A stretch of 64,000 nt of DNA from Octopus vulgaris (Eukaryota): assembly GCA_951406725.2 (NCBI GenBank), contig OX597827.1, positions 32,240,001 through 32,304,000 of the forward strand. The letters are read 5' to 3'. Below are positions 28,285-42,282 of the stretch, piece after piece. The position numbers and the translations under genes are program-made. Each line of letters begins with the position of its first letter. Position 1 is the stretch's first letter. Below the pieces are notes generated by a model. That model was not told where the DNA came from. It saw nothing but the letters and a program-made list of their open reading frames with translations, and ran no database searches.

Positions 28285-29640
28285 TCCTCCTCCACCTCGG
28301 AACTTTCCAGGAAGTCCTTCCTTTCCCATCTCCGCTTCATCCCCCCTCGGAACTGTCCTTACTGTTTCTCTTCCTCCCATTCCACGGAACATTCCATGAA
28401 GTCCCTACCCTCCTCGGATCTTTTCAGGAAGACCTTCCTCCCCTCCTCGGAACTTTCCAGGAAGTACATCCTATCTTTCCTCCCTTCTTCCACTTCCTCC
28501 ATTTCTTCGGAACATTCGAAGAAGGCCCTAGTGCCCTCCTCGAAAGTAGTTCCTCCACTTCCTTCATTTCCTCGCCTTCCTCCTCTCCTCTGAACTTTCC
28601 AGGAAGTCCTTTCTACATTCTCCTCTTCATCCTCTTCCCAGGAAATTTCCACAAAGTTCATACACCATACCTTGGAACTTTCCAGGAACCTTCATCTCCT
28701 CCTCCCCTTCCCTCTCATAAATTTCCGAGAAGCCCCCCTCCTCGGAACTTACCAGGAAACATTTATCCCCTCCTCGGAACTTTCGAGGAAGTCCTTCCAT
28801 CCACTCCTCGGAACGTTACAGGAAATTTCCAGGAAATCGTTCATCTCCCTGCTCCTTTCCTCGGAAATTTCCAGTAAGTGCCTACTACTCCTCGGTTCTT
28901 TCCAGGAAGTCATTCGTCCCGTTACTACACTCCCTCTCCGAAATTTCTAAGAAATCCCCCAAACCTCGAAATATTCCTGGAAGTTGTTCGTTCTCATCCA
29001 CTCTTCCTCGAAACTTTCCAAGAAGTCCTTCCTCTCCTTTCCTCGAAATTTCAAGAAATTCACCCTCCTCAGAAACTTTCCACGAACTCCTTCCACTATA
29101 TCCTGGGAACTCTCCAGTAAGTTCCCTTTCCTCGGAACCTTCCAGGAAGTCGTTCAATCCCCTGGAAGAGGAGGGGGAGTACTTCCTCGAAATTTCCGAG
29201 GAGTGCGAGGAGGGTTATTACTTATTGGAAAGTTCCAGGGAGGGAGGATTTCCTGGAAAGTTCTGAGTAGGGAGGGGGAAGTACTTCTTGGAAGGTTCGA
29301 TGAAGGGCGGACTTCCTGGAGAGGTCCGAGGAGGAGTGGAAGGGGAGGAGCGGGATGAGTTATTGGAAACTTCCAGGAATTGTCTACCCCTCATAGGAAC
29401 TTTCCAGGAAATCATTCCTTCCCTTCCCCTTGCCTCTCAGAACTTTCCATGAAGTCACCCTCCTTGGAAGTCCTTCCTCCCCCTCTTCCCATTCCTGTCC
29501 TCCTCAGAACTTTCTAGAATGTAGTTCATCCACTCCTCCCCGGAACTTTCTTGGAAGTCCTTCTTTCCCTCCTCGGAACTTTCCAGGAATTCCATCCTCC
29601 CCCTCCTACCTTTCATACCTTCTTCCCCATCCTACTCTTC
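28285..29640. repeat. Degenerate array of cctcggaactttccaggaagtc units with an inverted internal block
   Basis: About 25-30 variant motifs separated by pyrimidine spacers; 29190-29375 and 31075-31172 are in reverse orientation. Confidence 0.85.
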
Positions 29641-30079
29641 CTCCCTTTCCTCATGAATTGTTGTTGTGATTCATGCATCAGTTGCTGGAAAACTATTTCG
29701 TGGTGTATTTTTTTGATTATCATTTGAATTGTTTGCCTTTTATTTCTCGTGTACTACAATTTTCGACCGTTCGACCATATATATTCTACATCTTACTATA
29801 ATGGTAATCATGCGATGATATGTAAATTTGTAACCGAAACCCCACTCTCTCTCTTATGTTCCCAAAATGTATGAAATCTGAAATTTGGATAATTTCATTA
29901 ACTTGCCTATTGACCCCAGAAACTTTGAATCCTAAATTGAAGGCTCTGTTAGCTGAGCTATTTCAGATCACTGTGAAAAGCATTAACACTTAAATTTTTT
30001 TGTAGTCACTTTGCCATAATTAAAATAAGATTATTTTGCTAAAATATATCAAACGTAATACGTTATATATTAAAAAGTA

Positions 30080-30218
30080 CCGAATTTACTCGAGAATAAA
30101 ACGCACTCCTAATTTGATAAAAGTTTTTAGCTTTACCCGGTGTATAATTTGCATCCCACTTTTTTATTTTCCGTTAAAAACAAATATAAAACTACAACTT
30201 ATATACGAGCAAATACAG
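30080..30218. mobile_element. Tc1/mariner-superfamily MITE
   Basis: Imperfect TIR ccgaatttactcg/cgagcaaatacag with TA flanks. Confidence 0.6.
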
Positions 30219-30654
30219 TAATTCTATATTAAGACCTTTTTGTTTTTGTACAATTTCACGCCATTTTGTACGCTTTAGTTTGTTTAAAATTTAAATATTC
30301 AGGATAGACATGTTGCAGCTATGGAAAACATATTTTTTAACATGAAAGACTTTTATCATCTGACGCGTGAGAGTTTGGTTGGCATACACAACAAATCAAT
30401 TGTCACTGAAAATAGAAGCTTCAAATGTTTTAAATGAAGGTCATGTTGAATAACGTAGTTATTGCTATACAAACGGCGGGTCTGTCATAACTGGGATACC
30501 CTCGATCCGTCTGATCTGGTGTTCCTAAACAATACCGAAATTTACTTTGATACAACGAAACAAGGCCTCTGTGCAGAATACAATTTGCTAGATGTAACTG
30601 TGAAATCCTGTCGACTTAAATTTGGAAAATGTTACTCTGTATATCCAAAAGTAC

Positions 30655-30700
<46 letters not shown>

Positions 30701-31394
30701 CTACTTAACGGATCCTTTCAATATAAGATTGTCTCCATTCGTCTCTTTAGTATGTACTAATTTTGAAGACTACTGCAAAAACTGGACATTTTGAGAGTCA
30801 TCCTGCGTGAACAAGGAGGCAAAGGATCTGTGCCAGTTAATGCGGACGTCATCAACATCTTGGTGTCGAACACCAGGGACTTTGAAGTGAGTAACAGCAT
30901 TTTGTAGGATTACGAGGAGGCGACTGTATCAAGAGCAGGTGTGGTCACCGTTTTTCAGGCGTGTATTTCAAGATCTCGTTCTTTGACAGCTGCTCTGTTA
31001 AAGAACGAAGTGAAGCAAATGCTGAGACAGGACCTTGGCACCTGGAGCGTCTGCCAGTCGGGAAATCCGATCGGTGGAAGTTCCATGGAATTGAGTGGGA
31101 CTTCCTGGAAAAGCCCGAGGATTGATGAGTGGGACTTCCTGGAAATATCCGAGGAGGAGAGGTGAGTGGGACTGTTTATGATACAGAAAGCAAAATCAAT
31201 TGATCCCGTAATATCCGTATTCCTTACTTCTGTAGTACATACAAGGTACGTATATTTCTCTTATGTTCGTTGCATTCGCCATATTTCAATAGTGAGTAAT
31301 TTGTGGTTTTAAAACGATAGCTCTGTTTATGGTAATACCCTACTGAATTTTGGTTCTATTTTTTAACCTATAAAAGTATAAACTTGCTAGCCAC

Positions 31395-31482
<88 letters not shown>

Positions 31483-32321
31483 GTAATGATACCGTATTCA
31501 AATATATATCTATATATATATATACCCACACATATATATATATATGCATATATATTACGTATATACATGCATGCATACATACATACGTACATAGATACAT
31601 ACATATACATGTGTGTGTGCATGTGTATGTGTGTGAGGGTGTTTTCCGTCACAAAGAAATGCTCCATTCTAATAGCTGCTCTGAGGAAGCTACAAGATGA
31701 CCCATTGGCATTCAACTTTGACCACACATTTCCTTGTAGCAAAAACTGCTATAATTTCAGAAACACCGAGAGATAAGAAAAGATCGACTTTGATTTTAAT
31801 GGCACCTCGAAATAGATAAAGCTATAAGTAACAGGGAGTAGGATATTGGGCCAAAAAGATCCCTTGGTGGGTATAAACTCGAAGGTTACCCGTGGGTCAA
31901 GGAGCCACATCTTCTATAAACATGACAGGCGTTCTATTACACCTGAGAAACCATTTGAATATACCCCATCAATTTCAGAAGCTTTCTAGCGAGAATTTTA
32001 TGGTGTATACATAACAAGTATTTAGAAACTTCGAGAAATATCAAATGAATCATTTTTAACAGTCGAACTCGAAGTAAATAAAGCAATAAATAATAGCTTC
32101 TAGAATACTGAGTTTTAAAAATAATCTTTTTGCTATCCAACTGTTTTCTAATCCAATATCATACAAGCTATTAGTTTTTTTCTGCATCGAACCCAACCGT
32201 TAAAAATGATTTATTTTATACTACATGCACGCACGCACGCACGCACGCACACACACGCACACGCGCGCGCGCAAAGAGATTGGTTACATGTTTTTCTGAG
32301 ATTGGTAAAATTGATGTAGAC

Positions 32322-32364
32322 GACTCTGATGAGAATCCAATAAGATGCGAAAATCGGTTAAGGC
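32322..32364 (+). ncRNA. Decayed hammerhead motif
   Basis: gact CTGATGA gaatc caataa gatgc GAAA atcggt TA aggc; one mismatch in each of stems I and II. Confidence 0.55.
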
Positions 32365-33073
32365 TGTTAAAGAGGTATTACACAGGTTGTGTGTGTGTGT
32401 GCGTGTGTGTGTGCGCGCGCGTATGCGTGTGTGTGCGTATGCTAGTGGTAGTCAAGAATTATCCGCATTTTCACCATGACATATCTCTATTGTTACACTG
32501 CCTTCTGTGCATGCGTGCTAATAGTTGGTATTATTGTGGTCACGTGATTGAAGTTTGAGCCTGTTCGCGCCATTTTTCTTTCTGGCTTTACAGTGTAAGC
32601 AAGGTAGCTCCACTAGTAATGTGCACCAATGGAGAACAAATAGCAGTGATTTCTCTGGTCGGAAGGTGTGTCAAGTGCTGGAATTCATCGGAGGCTTTAG
32701 CACCATACGAGGACAGTGCACTTCTGTGGAGATAATAGCGTATTATCATTTATATTTTTTTACACGTTTTATTTACATTCTCTAGATTAAGTAAGACCCT
32801 GATATTTAATTTATAAACCTATATATTGTTGTTGTGTGTTATTATAATAGCCAAAGATTGTCTTAGGCCTAAACGATTAATATTCTTTGAGATATATAGA
32901 AATATATTTCGATAGTTGTAGATTCTATTTACTTAAATATTGTGTCTGTTATGATTTGGTTGTTTTTTTAATTCTAATTGTTTTGTAGTTGAAAAGTTAA
33001 CGCTCACGCTCATAATACATAGGCATTTAAATTAATTTTCTTACAACCCAGCCGTCTTTTCACACAGAATTTC

Positions 33074-33154
33074 GCCTATCTGATGAGACTTATATAAGTG
33101 ATTTGAATTGTTTATAAATCAAATAATGCATATAAGTCGAAACAAACTGTTGGC
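33074..33154 (+). ncRNA. Hammerhead motif with damaged stem I
   Basis: CTGATGA 33080-86, perfect 9-bp stem II gacttatat/atataagtc, GAAAC aaact GTT; the stem I register is broken. Confidence 0.6.
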
Positions 33155-33284
33155 TCTTTTGGTCTTTTAATGACTTTCTATGTTATCTTATATTATAATA
33201 TATTTTATTATATTCATAGTATATTATGTTATAATATAAATAAATTATTGGATTGTTAATTGTATCTCTCTATTTAATTTATTG

Positions 33285-33346
<62 letters not shown>

Positions 33347-33559
33347 CATAGATAAATAGATATTTAGAGGTGGGGTATTTCGCGTTGCTCTACGATAATT
33401 TGGACGTCTGATGTGTGACACAATGTCGGTTTGATGGAGAAAGTAAGATAATGTACAGCACATGCATTTAATCACTATAAAAACAAATCATATGTTTAGG
33501 TTGTTCGGTAAAAACTGAACACTCACACATCGTCTTCAACGGGCGATTCCATCATATAA

Positions 33560-33618
<59 letters not shown>

Positions 33619-33674
33619 TATAGAGAGAGAGAGAGAGACTGACAGACAGACAGACAGACAGATAGACGGATAAA

Positions 33675-34961
33675 TATGTTTCTCTATTAGCCACACAGGG
33701 CTGCACACAGACGGGACAGATTACAAAGTAGAGCTTTTCTTTTTTTGGAGAAAAAAAAAGTGGGGTAGGTTTTCGATCAAAAGGGATCGTAAGAGAGAAA
33801 GAAGAAAAAAAGAAAAAAAGGAAAAGTAACAAAAGAAAAGAAAAAAGAAAAAAGAGGAGAAAAAAAGAAAGGAAAAAAGGGGAAAAAACGATCAATAGGG
33901 ATCGTGTATCACAGTGTCATGATGTACGGTGTAAAGGGGGAAGCAGATAAGGTTTATCCGTAGGAAGAAAAGCCTACGGAAAAGACCACGGTAACCTCGA
34001 TCAATATTGTTACATGTTATCCCATTTGTTTGCAAGTGGGTAACCCTCTGTTTTCAATTTCTGGGTTCATAGGATTATGCTCAAGGTGGCTTCGTCATTC
34101 ATACGTGCCATCCTTGCTACATTCACCCATCTTTTTAAAACGTTCGCTAGACAAAACTTGTCTCTCTACTCTCACTTTCCTTTTCAAGTGATACTTGAAG
34201 AAGTTGATGAGAGATTGACCAGAGAGGAAAGTGTTTGTCTCCAATCCTTTCAGACGCGTCCACCAGATACATTCTTTCGCCATAGCCACAAGGATGATGA
34301 AAATAGCTCTTCCTTCCCGTTTGAAGGAAGGAGGCGTGACAATATTGACGATAGACTCGGCTGATAAACCGACTCGTCCCACATGTGACAGCAGTTGTTC
34401 GGCATAAGCCCACAGGTCGGAAATTGTTGGACACTGCACGAGTGCGTGCAGAACGGTTTCGTCGCTCTGACCACATCTCGGGCAGGTCGGCCCCGTGTTT
34501 CTCGAGCCGTGTCTGTAGAGCTCATCCCGAACGGATATCGCTTCTCGGTAGCACTGCCAGGCCAGGGATCTCTGAATGTTGTCCATGGGCCCTGACCCGA
34601 AAGTCGTCTCGAACAGGCGGGTCAGGTATTCCTCGTCAACGTCCAGGTTCGCCCCGAGCTCGTCGTCGTACCTCCCCTCCACTAATCCCCTATAGAATGC
34701 TTGGCTTGTGTTGGAGTCACTCAAGGTCGATCCGGGACGGCAGAGTTGCTTGAGAGCAACGCGACACTCGCGGTGCCATTCGCCCTTCCTCGGCCTCTTT
34801 TTGATCCACGACTGCAGTTCGGCCAAGGAGACGAGTTGCGGGAAAGCGTGCCTCACAAACGGCGACCACACCTGTTCACCATCGTCTACGTAGAGCCTGA
34901 GGTGTCGCAGTCTCAGCGCGTGTCTGCGCATCATCAACCACGGCATGCCCAGTCCTCCTTT
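33675..34961 (-). mobile_element. 5'-truncated copy of the same Tx1-like LINE
   Basis: The translation GGLGMPWLMMRRHALRLRHL...CPRCGQSDETVLH matches the neighbouring ORF2, with a related 3' UTR; bounded by (GATA)n. Confidence 0.95.
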
Positions 34962-35041
<80 letters not shown>

Positions 35042-35351
35042 CAGATAGAGAGATAGACAGATAGATAGATAACTTTCTTTTATTGGCCACACAGGGCTGA
35101 ATACAGAGGGGACAAATACAAATGTAGAGCTTTTCTTTTCGAGGGTGGAAAAGAAAATGGAAAATAAATGTAAGATTCCGATCAAAAGGGATCGAGAGGA
35201 AAAAAAAAAGGAAAGAAATCGTGTATCACAGAAACACTTTTTTAAAAAAACATTAATAAAACAAGATTGGGTTCATCCGTGGGAAGAAAAGCCTACAGAA
35301 AAGACCACGGGCACCTCAGTCAGTGAGTAAATAACCATATTAGAGCAAAAT

Positions 35352-35402
<51 letters not shown>

Positions 35403-35410
35403 TTTACGAT

Positions 35411-37589
35411 TTACAAGGTCATGCTCAAAATGGTTTCGTCACTCGCACGCACCATCTTTGCTACATTCACCCACCATTTTTTGAAACTTTCGCGAGACAA
35501 ATCTTCCCTCTCCATTCTCACCTTCCTTTTCAAGTGGAACTTGAAAAAGTTGATCAGCGATTGGCCAGAGAGGTAAGTGTTTGTCTCTAATCCTTTCGCT
35601 CGGGTCCACCACACACATTCTTTCACCATGGCCACCAATACGATGAAAACTGCCTTGCCTTCCCGGTTGAGGGGAGGGGGCGGAGCAATTCTGACGATAG
35701 ACTCGGCCGATAGGCGGACTCGTCCCACACGTGACAGCAGCCGTTTGGCATAAGCCCACAGGTCTGATATGGTTGAACATTGTACGAGTGCGTGCAGAAC
35801 GGTTTCGTCGCTCTGACCGCATCTCGGGCAAGTCGGTCCAGTGTGTCTGGAACCCTGTCTGTAGAGCTTATCCCGAACAGGTAATGCTTCTCGATAGCAC
35901 TGCCAGGCCAGGGATCTTTGGTGATTGTCCATAGGTCCCGGCCCGAAAGTTGTCCTGAACAGGCGGGTCAGGTGTTCCTCGCCGACGCCCAGACTCTGCC
36001 CGAGATTGTCGTCGCACCTCCCCTCCACTAATCCCCTATAGAATGCCTTTGTTGTGATGGAGTCGCACAAGTTTGATCCCGAACGGCAGAGTTGCTTGAG
36101 AGCAACGCGACACTCGCGGTGCCATTCGCCTAGCCTCGGTCTCTGCTTGATCCATGACTGTAGTTCGGCCAAGGAGACGAGCTGCAGGAAAGCGCACCGC
36201 ACAAAAGGCGACCACACCTGTTCACCATCATCTATGAAGCGCCGGAGATGTCGCAGTCTCAGCGCGTGTCTGCGCATCATCAACCACGGCATGCCCAGCC
36301 CTCCATTTAGCGGGTGTTGACAGCAAATGGATCGCCTAACCATCGGAACGTTTCCCTTCCACAGGAAGCGGAAGATTATACGTTCCAGTTTGGTGATTGT
36401 AGGGTCGGGACAAGGCACGACGATCAGACGATACTCGATGACGGATGCGATGTACGCGTTCGCCATCTCCACCCGACCTTTTAGGGATAGCTTTCTCTCA
36501 GCCCATTTCTGGGTGAGAGTAGCCACCCTAATCGATATTTCGCCCCAGTTCTTCTCCATTTGAAGGTCCGGACCGAACCAGACCCCGAGCAATATAACCG
36601 GTCCGTCGGTCCAGCGTCCCACGACGGAGACGTTGTTGGACGGCATGGGCCTGCTTCTCCAGGTGCCGAGCCGCAAGCCCACTGACTTTTCCCGGTTAAT
36701 TTTTGCTCCCGTTACCGCTTCGTATTCTTTTAGTATCTCACCGACCAGCTCGATGTGCTGGTAACTCGACACTATGACGGTGACGTCGTCCGCGTATGCA
36801 GACACGCTCCTCCCGCATCCCAGCCCTCGTGGGATGCCCCTCGGCGTCGCCAGTTTCTGCAGTAGTGGCTCAAGAGTCAATACATACAGAAGCGATGAGA
36901 GGGGGTATCCCTGACGAACCGAACGCATGATGTTAAAAGGTCTGGATAGATGACCATTTACGCGAACTACCGAGCGGATGCCACTGTATAAGGCAGCGAT
37001 CCTACAGAATACTCTATCTAAGTACGATCTGGACAACCCGATGCGGTTACTCCGTGTCCACGTTGGCACATTCGGTACCTGTCAGACAGTTGGAAACGTC
37101 TGAGCAGGTCTTTGAGGCATTTGCATCCCCTCCTATTGCTATCTCTGCCCACATAGTCTAGATGCGTGTCCAGGGTGGCATTCCAATCCCCCACTAAAAG
37201 TAAAGGACAAGACGTTCCCATGAAAGACTCTAGACGTCGAAAGAAATCTGGTCGGCCTGTTAAGGACGGTGCATAAACTGTTATCAGTCGAAAAGCACAC
37301 TCATTGCTGCCATCGACATCCAAAACGACCAGCCTACCCTCCGGGTCTAGGAAAATTGCTCTTACTTTGAGGTCCAGACTCCGCCACCTCCGCCTATTCT
37401 CGGTAGACACGGAGAAAAATAAATGTTGAAATGTGTGCCGAACATGTGCTGGAGTGCCCGCGAGCTGTGGAGTCTGGTCTCACTAATGGCTATGATATAC
37501 TGATTTAGTGACTTGATGTCGTTTAACAGGTTGCCTTGTTTCCAAGGCGACCCCAAGCCACGTACATTTATACTGCCTATTTTGAGCAT
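35411..37589 (-). pseudogene. LINE ORF2 (AP endonuclease, reverse transcriptase, zinc finger), disrupted
   Basis: ORFs 37362-37589, 37018-37410 and 35411-37069 in different frames. The APE end joins directly to mid-RT near 37000. Confidence 0.92.
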
Positions 37590-37655
37590 GTTCCTATCAA
37601 AAATTGTGTTTTACACACGAAAAGATGAGAAAAAAAGAAAGAGAGAGAGAAAAGG

Positions 37656-39865
37656 TTACTTGTTGTTCGAAAGTCCTTTGTTTTTCACCTCACAGTCTTC
37701 TTCCATGAGGTTTTTGTAAAGTTTCCTTGACAAATATTTTTGAAATCTCCCAACTGCATCAGGGTAGAGAGATTTCAGGGTGCTGTCTGTGTTCTGTGTT
37801 ACGTGTATTATTTTAATGTGTTGTGGTGGTGTTGTGCGTGGGTGGTTATTTGTTTTTGTGTCATTTTCAGTTATGTTGGTGTTTGACCTAATGTATTCCA
37901 TTAGGTCGTGGTTGTTTGTGTTTATGGCTGTCAACATTGTTGTGGTGTTTGTGTTGGTGTGTTCGTTTTCTGTGGATGTTTTTGTTTCGGGAGTGGTGAA
38001 TCTTTCTGCTTTGTTTGTTAGCTTTTCTATTCTTTTTCCCCCTTTTTCTCCTCCCCACTGTGGCTGTTTGCCAATCCTCTGTGTCTTCATCTAATGACAT
38101 GTCAGAGGAATCAGAGAGTGGGAGGGGAAAAATATTGGGGTCTATCTTTTGACTGTGTTGATTTTGTTGTTGGTGTTGGTGTTCGTTGGTGAGCTTTAGG
38201 GTGTGGTGTATGGGTTTTTGGAGGTGGGTGTGGGTATATGTGTTTGTGTGATTGTAGGTATTGTTGTGGTGTTTGGGGTGTGTGTTTTGGGGGGATTTGG
38301 AGTAGTAATTGTTTCTTCATTTTCGATGCTTGTCTTTTTGGTAGATGTTCTTGGTTTGGGAGTTGGTTTCTCTTTGGTTGTGGTTGTTGATGTTGTTTCT
38401 GTTCTTGGTGCAGTTGGTGGTGTTGGGTAGGTTTGTTCCTTGTTGATTTTCTGTGACTGGTCCTTTTGTTGTTCGTGCAAACTGTGGTGTGGGTAATAAA
38501 GCTGTCTTTTTTGTTTTTTCCGGCTGCTGTTGTTGTTGCTGCTGTTTTCTCGCGGCAGATTTGCAATCTGTCTTTAGATGTTGCTCACTGCCGCATATGT
38601 AGCAGCGTGGTCTTCTGCCCTCGACGACCACATACAACTTGTGGTCTTCTGATATATGTATCTGGGTGGGTATTTTGTTGATGGCATCTTGGTTGATATG
38701 TAGTAGAATTTCTACTCTCTTTCCCACCCAGGTTTGTGTTCAGTGACCGTGGTTTGTAATATGTTACAATCGTCCATTTCCACACATATGATCGATATTA
38801 GCCATAGAGTGTCCGCTATTTGGGGAACATTGTTTAATATGACCTTAGTTACTCTCTGTCCAAGGTAGCTAGGTATCATAGTGAGTTCATCCGAATGAAG
38901 AGTTAGCGTTGAGAATCGTTTTGCTAACTCTTCAGTGTGAAACACTACTTGTATGTGAGCAAACTTGTTCCACCAGGTAACATATTCCTTAAAATTCCAG
39001 ATAGGTTGCAAGCATTTTTCGATTTTGTTTGTGTTCGCCTTCTCTGGACTTTTTGTCTTGTTGTTGATTATTTTATATATAACGGTTTTCTTTTTTTTCG
39101 TTTTCTAGTATTTGTTGCGGTATGTTTATTTTTACTTTGCCATTTTCTTTTGTGATTAAAGCTTTGGTATCTTTTATCTGCTGTTGTCTTTTTTTCTTTT
39201 ATCGCCTCGGCGAAATTTGTTGTTGTTTTGTTATTGTTGTTGCTGGTGGTGATGTTGTTGTTGGCTGCAGTTGGTATATTCGGTGTATTTAGTGTCTGAT
39301 GTTTGATTGTGCAAGTAGGAAGGGGTGGAAAATTGCTTGCATAATTTGTCCCTGCGTTTGAGCAACTTTCGGCAATTCGTTTGGTGGTCGCGGTCTTTTG
39401 TTTCTCTCCTTCAGTTCTTGGTGTTGGAGGAAACAAGGTCTGGAAGGAATTGTTGTTGTTGTTATTATTGTTATTGTTGTTGGTGTTGGCGGTGGTGTCA
39501 GTGGCAGAAGAGACAGCCGTGGCAGCAGATATCGTTGTAAGTGAGATAATAGGTGAGATAATTAAATCTTGCGCAACATTATGGACATTTATATTTACTT
39601 CATTTTTGTTGTTGTTATTCTTGTTGTTGTTGTGTCAGTGTTAGATCTATCAGATGTGGTAGCTTTGATGTTAGTGGTGGTGGTGGTGTTGATTTCAGTT
39701 TTATCCTTCTTTATATCAGCGTCTTTGTTGACTGCCTTTTCCAAAGCAGGAAAATTCTCCTTAGAAAAAATCGTTGAATACGATAAAATTTCTCGACATT
39801 TTTATTTCGAGAAAAACAAAAAATCAATTGATGAAAATGCCCCTAAACGAAAGTTGGGCGTTTGA
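37656..39865 (-). pseudogene. LINE ORF1 (gag-like zinc knuckle, T/N/P-rich), frameshifted
   Basis: Consecutive minus-strand ORF pieces 39068-39436, 38712-39011, 38317-38727, 38196-38480 and 37656-38090. The start position is approximate. Confidence 0.75.
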
Positions 39866-40195
39866 AAAGTTGAAAAACTCCGAAAATGTAAAACGTAAAC
39901 AAATGGATGCAACAGAGAGAGAGAAAGAACAGCGTCTTTGCGTTATGAGGAACGCTTCAGCGACATTGTGTGAAAACAAGCTATGGAAGCAAAAATTTTG
40001 ATATATAATTGAGGCTGAAATTGACCCTAGGGGCAAAATCCCCTCCGGAAAACACACCCAAACGAAAGCTGGGTGTCTTACACATTCCGTGTGCAAAAAT
40101 TGAAGCGAAACTTTTTCAAAAACACAATAAAAAAAGCGATTGACTTACTAGCCGATCTGTCAATGAACACTATCGATCGAGATAGAGAGATAGAG

Positions 40196-40268
<73 letters not shown>

Positions 40269-42102
40269 TTAATTGGAAGGGTGTCTACAAGTGGCACGTT
40301 TTCATACGCGGAATGTTATTGAACTCTGTTCGATTGATGTTCAGAGTAAGTTGTACCGTGATAGGTCAGCAATTGATGTAGAATTGTTGCCGTATAGTAA
40401 CTGTTGTTATGTTACAATTAATGGATCTATATGCGAATTTTTACATATATGTTTTTTTTTTTAATGATTCTGCATTTTTTCCTGTTGTTCGCTAATGATT
40501 CTTTCCATAGTTCGTCGAAATTAAATTTTCTCTTCATTTATTAAAAATGTTTCTACAAGACTCTCTAAATGCATTTATTCAATATTGCGAGTGTCTTATC
40601 TGTGCTAATTAAGTAAATAATTATTTAATTACTTCATTTATTTCTGTAGTTTCTTAAAATTTCAATTTCCTATTAATTACAACTTCTATTTGATGTCGTT
40701 AAAATTCCTGTCGAGCAACATCAACATCAATGACTCTCCAGTCGTGACCATGCCACCTCTTTTACTCAGGTACAGTGTCTCTACATTATTCATTGTGTTC
40801 TTCCATTTTAAGACAGTAAAGATGTAATTTTGAGCAAGATTTAACTGTGATTTCTAGCTCTTACAGCAACCTGTTCGATCCCTTTCTCTTTAGCTTGATC
40901 TTCCGTCTATAGCTTGTGTATTTTTTAAAACGGAGTCATATAACATTACTCGTACCTTAATGCTGTTATCTTACTATAGTGATTTGCTTCTAGTAATTGT
41001 ACAGAGTAGTGGTTCTCAAACGAGGTCCATATGACCCTTAGGTTATACTGCTACAATGCACAAAATATTTTAATACATTATTTTATACAATTCCTAATAA
41101 TTATTTCAAATTTTTACCACAAGGGCAGCGTAGGGGAGATGGGGTTGTGTCGATTTCATCGACACCAGTGTACAACTGGTATATATTTTATCGACTCCAA
41201 AAGGATAAACGGTAAAGTTGACCTCGGCGGCATTTGGATCCAGAACATAGCGACAGGTGAAACACCGCTGAGCATTTCGTCCGGCGAGCCAACGATTCTG
41301 CTAGCACGCCGCCCTTATACAATTCCTAATAATATTTAATTATGAAATTATAATAGGACTTTTTGAAAATCAAATGGTTATGAGGGTCCACCTAAGTAGA
41401 ATAGGAATCAAAGGGGTTCAGTATACAGGAAATGTTCTCAAACTTTTCCTGCCAAGGTAACCTTTCTTTAAGTCCAGCAGTGTTGGTGTATCCCTTCATG
41501 TCTGGTGGTAGTGGTGTATCCTTTCATTATGTCCAGCCGCGAATGGTTAACCCCTTCAAGCAGTGTCGGCATATCCCATTCTTCTTTCAGTACAGTTTAT
41601 AATTTTCCAAAAGTTGGCGAGTGGGTAGAGTTATTAGGCCGGACAAAATGCTTAGCGGCATCTCGTCCGACCTTACCTTCTAAGTTAATATTTCGCCGAA
41701 GTCGACTTTGCCTTTCATCTCGGTGTTGATAAGATGAATACCAGTTGAGAATTGGGGGGCGATGTAATCGACTTATTCCCACCCTTAAAATTGCTGGCAT
41801 TGTGTCAAAATTTGAAACCAATATTTTCTAGTAGTCAAATTAGTATTAATATACCGAATGCAGTGATCATTAGATCTTTAGTTAATTTAGGTTTTAATCA
41901 TTGCAATTAAATATTTATTTCAGTTGTATCATCAATTAAGTTTCATCATTATAGAGCTTCTCAGCAAAGCATAGACTGCACAGTACTTACGAAATCGTAA
42001 TGATAAAGCGAAGTAACTATATAATATGTATACTTTATTTAAAAGCAGCAGAAAATTCAACAAACCCTGTTACTCTAAGTTTCACGTTTATGTGTTTACT
42101 CC

Positions 42103-42135
<33 letters not shown>

Positions 42136-42248
42136 TTTTATTAAAACTGCAAAATTATCACAACACTGTTACTCAGTGTTTCAAGTTCTCGTTTGTCAAT
42201 ATATGTGTGTCGATGTGTGTGTAGAGAGAGACAGAGAGACAGATAGAC

Positions 42249-42282
<34 letters not shown>

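Larger units (their letters stand above)
35071..40180 (-). mobile_element. Tx1/L1-clade non-LTR retrotransposon, near full length, frameshifted and internally deleted
   Basis: ORF1 pieces with a CCHC knuckle (CYICGSEQHLKTDC); APE motifs (SINVRGL, AISET, GDWNA, YLDRVF); RT motifs (VRQGYPLS, YADD); C-terminal CPRC..ETVLHALVQC; (GATA)n on both sides. Confidence 0.95.

Noticed and set aside
28248-28877. 209-aa ORF, and a CRISPR-like repeat-spacer appearance
   Set aside because: Degenerate satellite-like motifs with low-complexity spacers of variable length, no cas genes and a eukaryotic context.
34962-35090. N-terminus of the 331-aa ORF 34095-35090
   Set aside because: It reads through the neighbour's 3' UTR and (TCTA)n, so it is not a real start.
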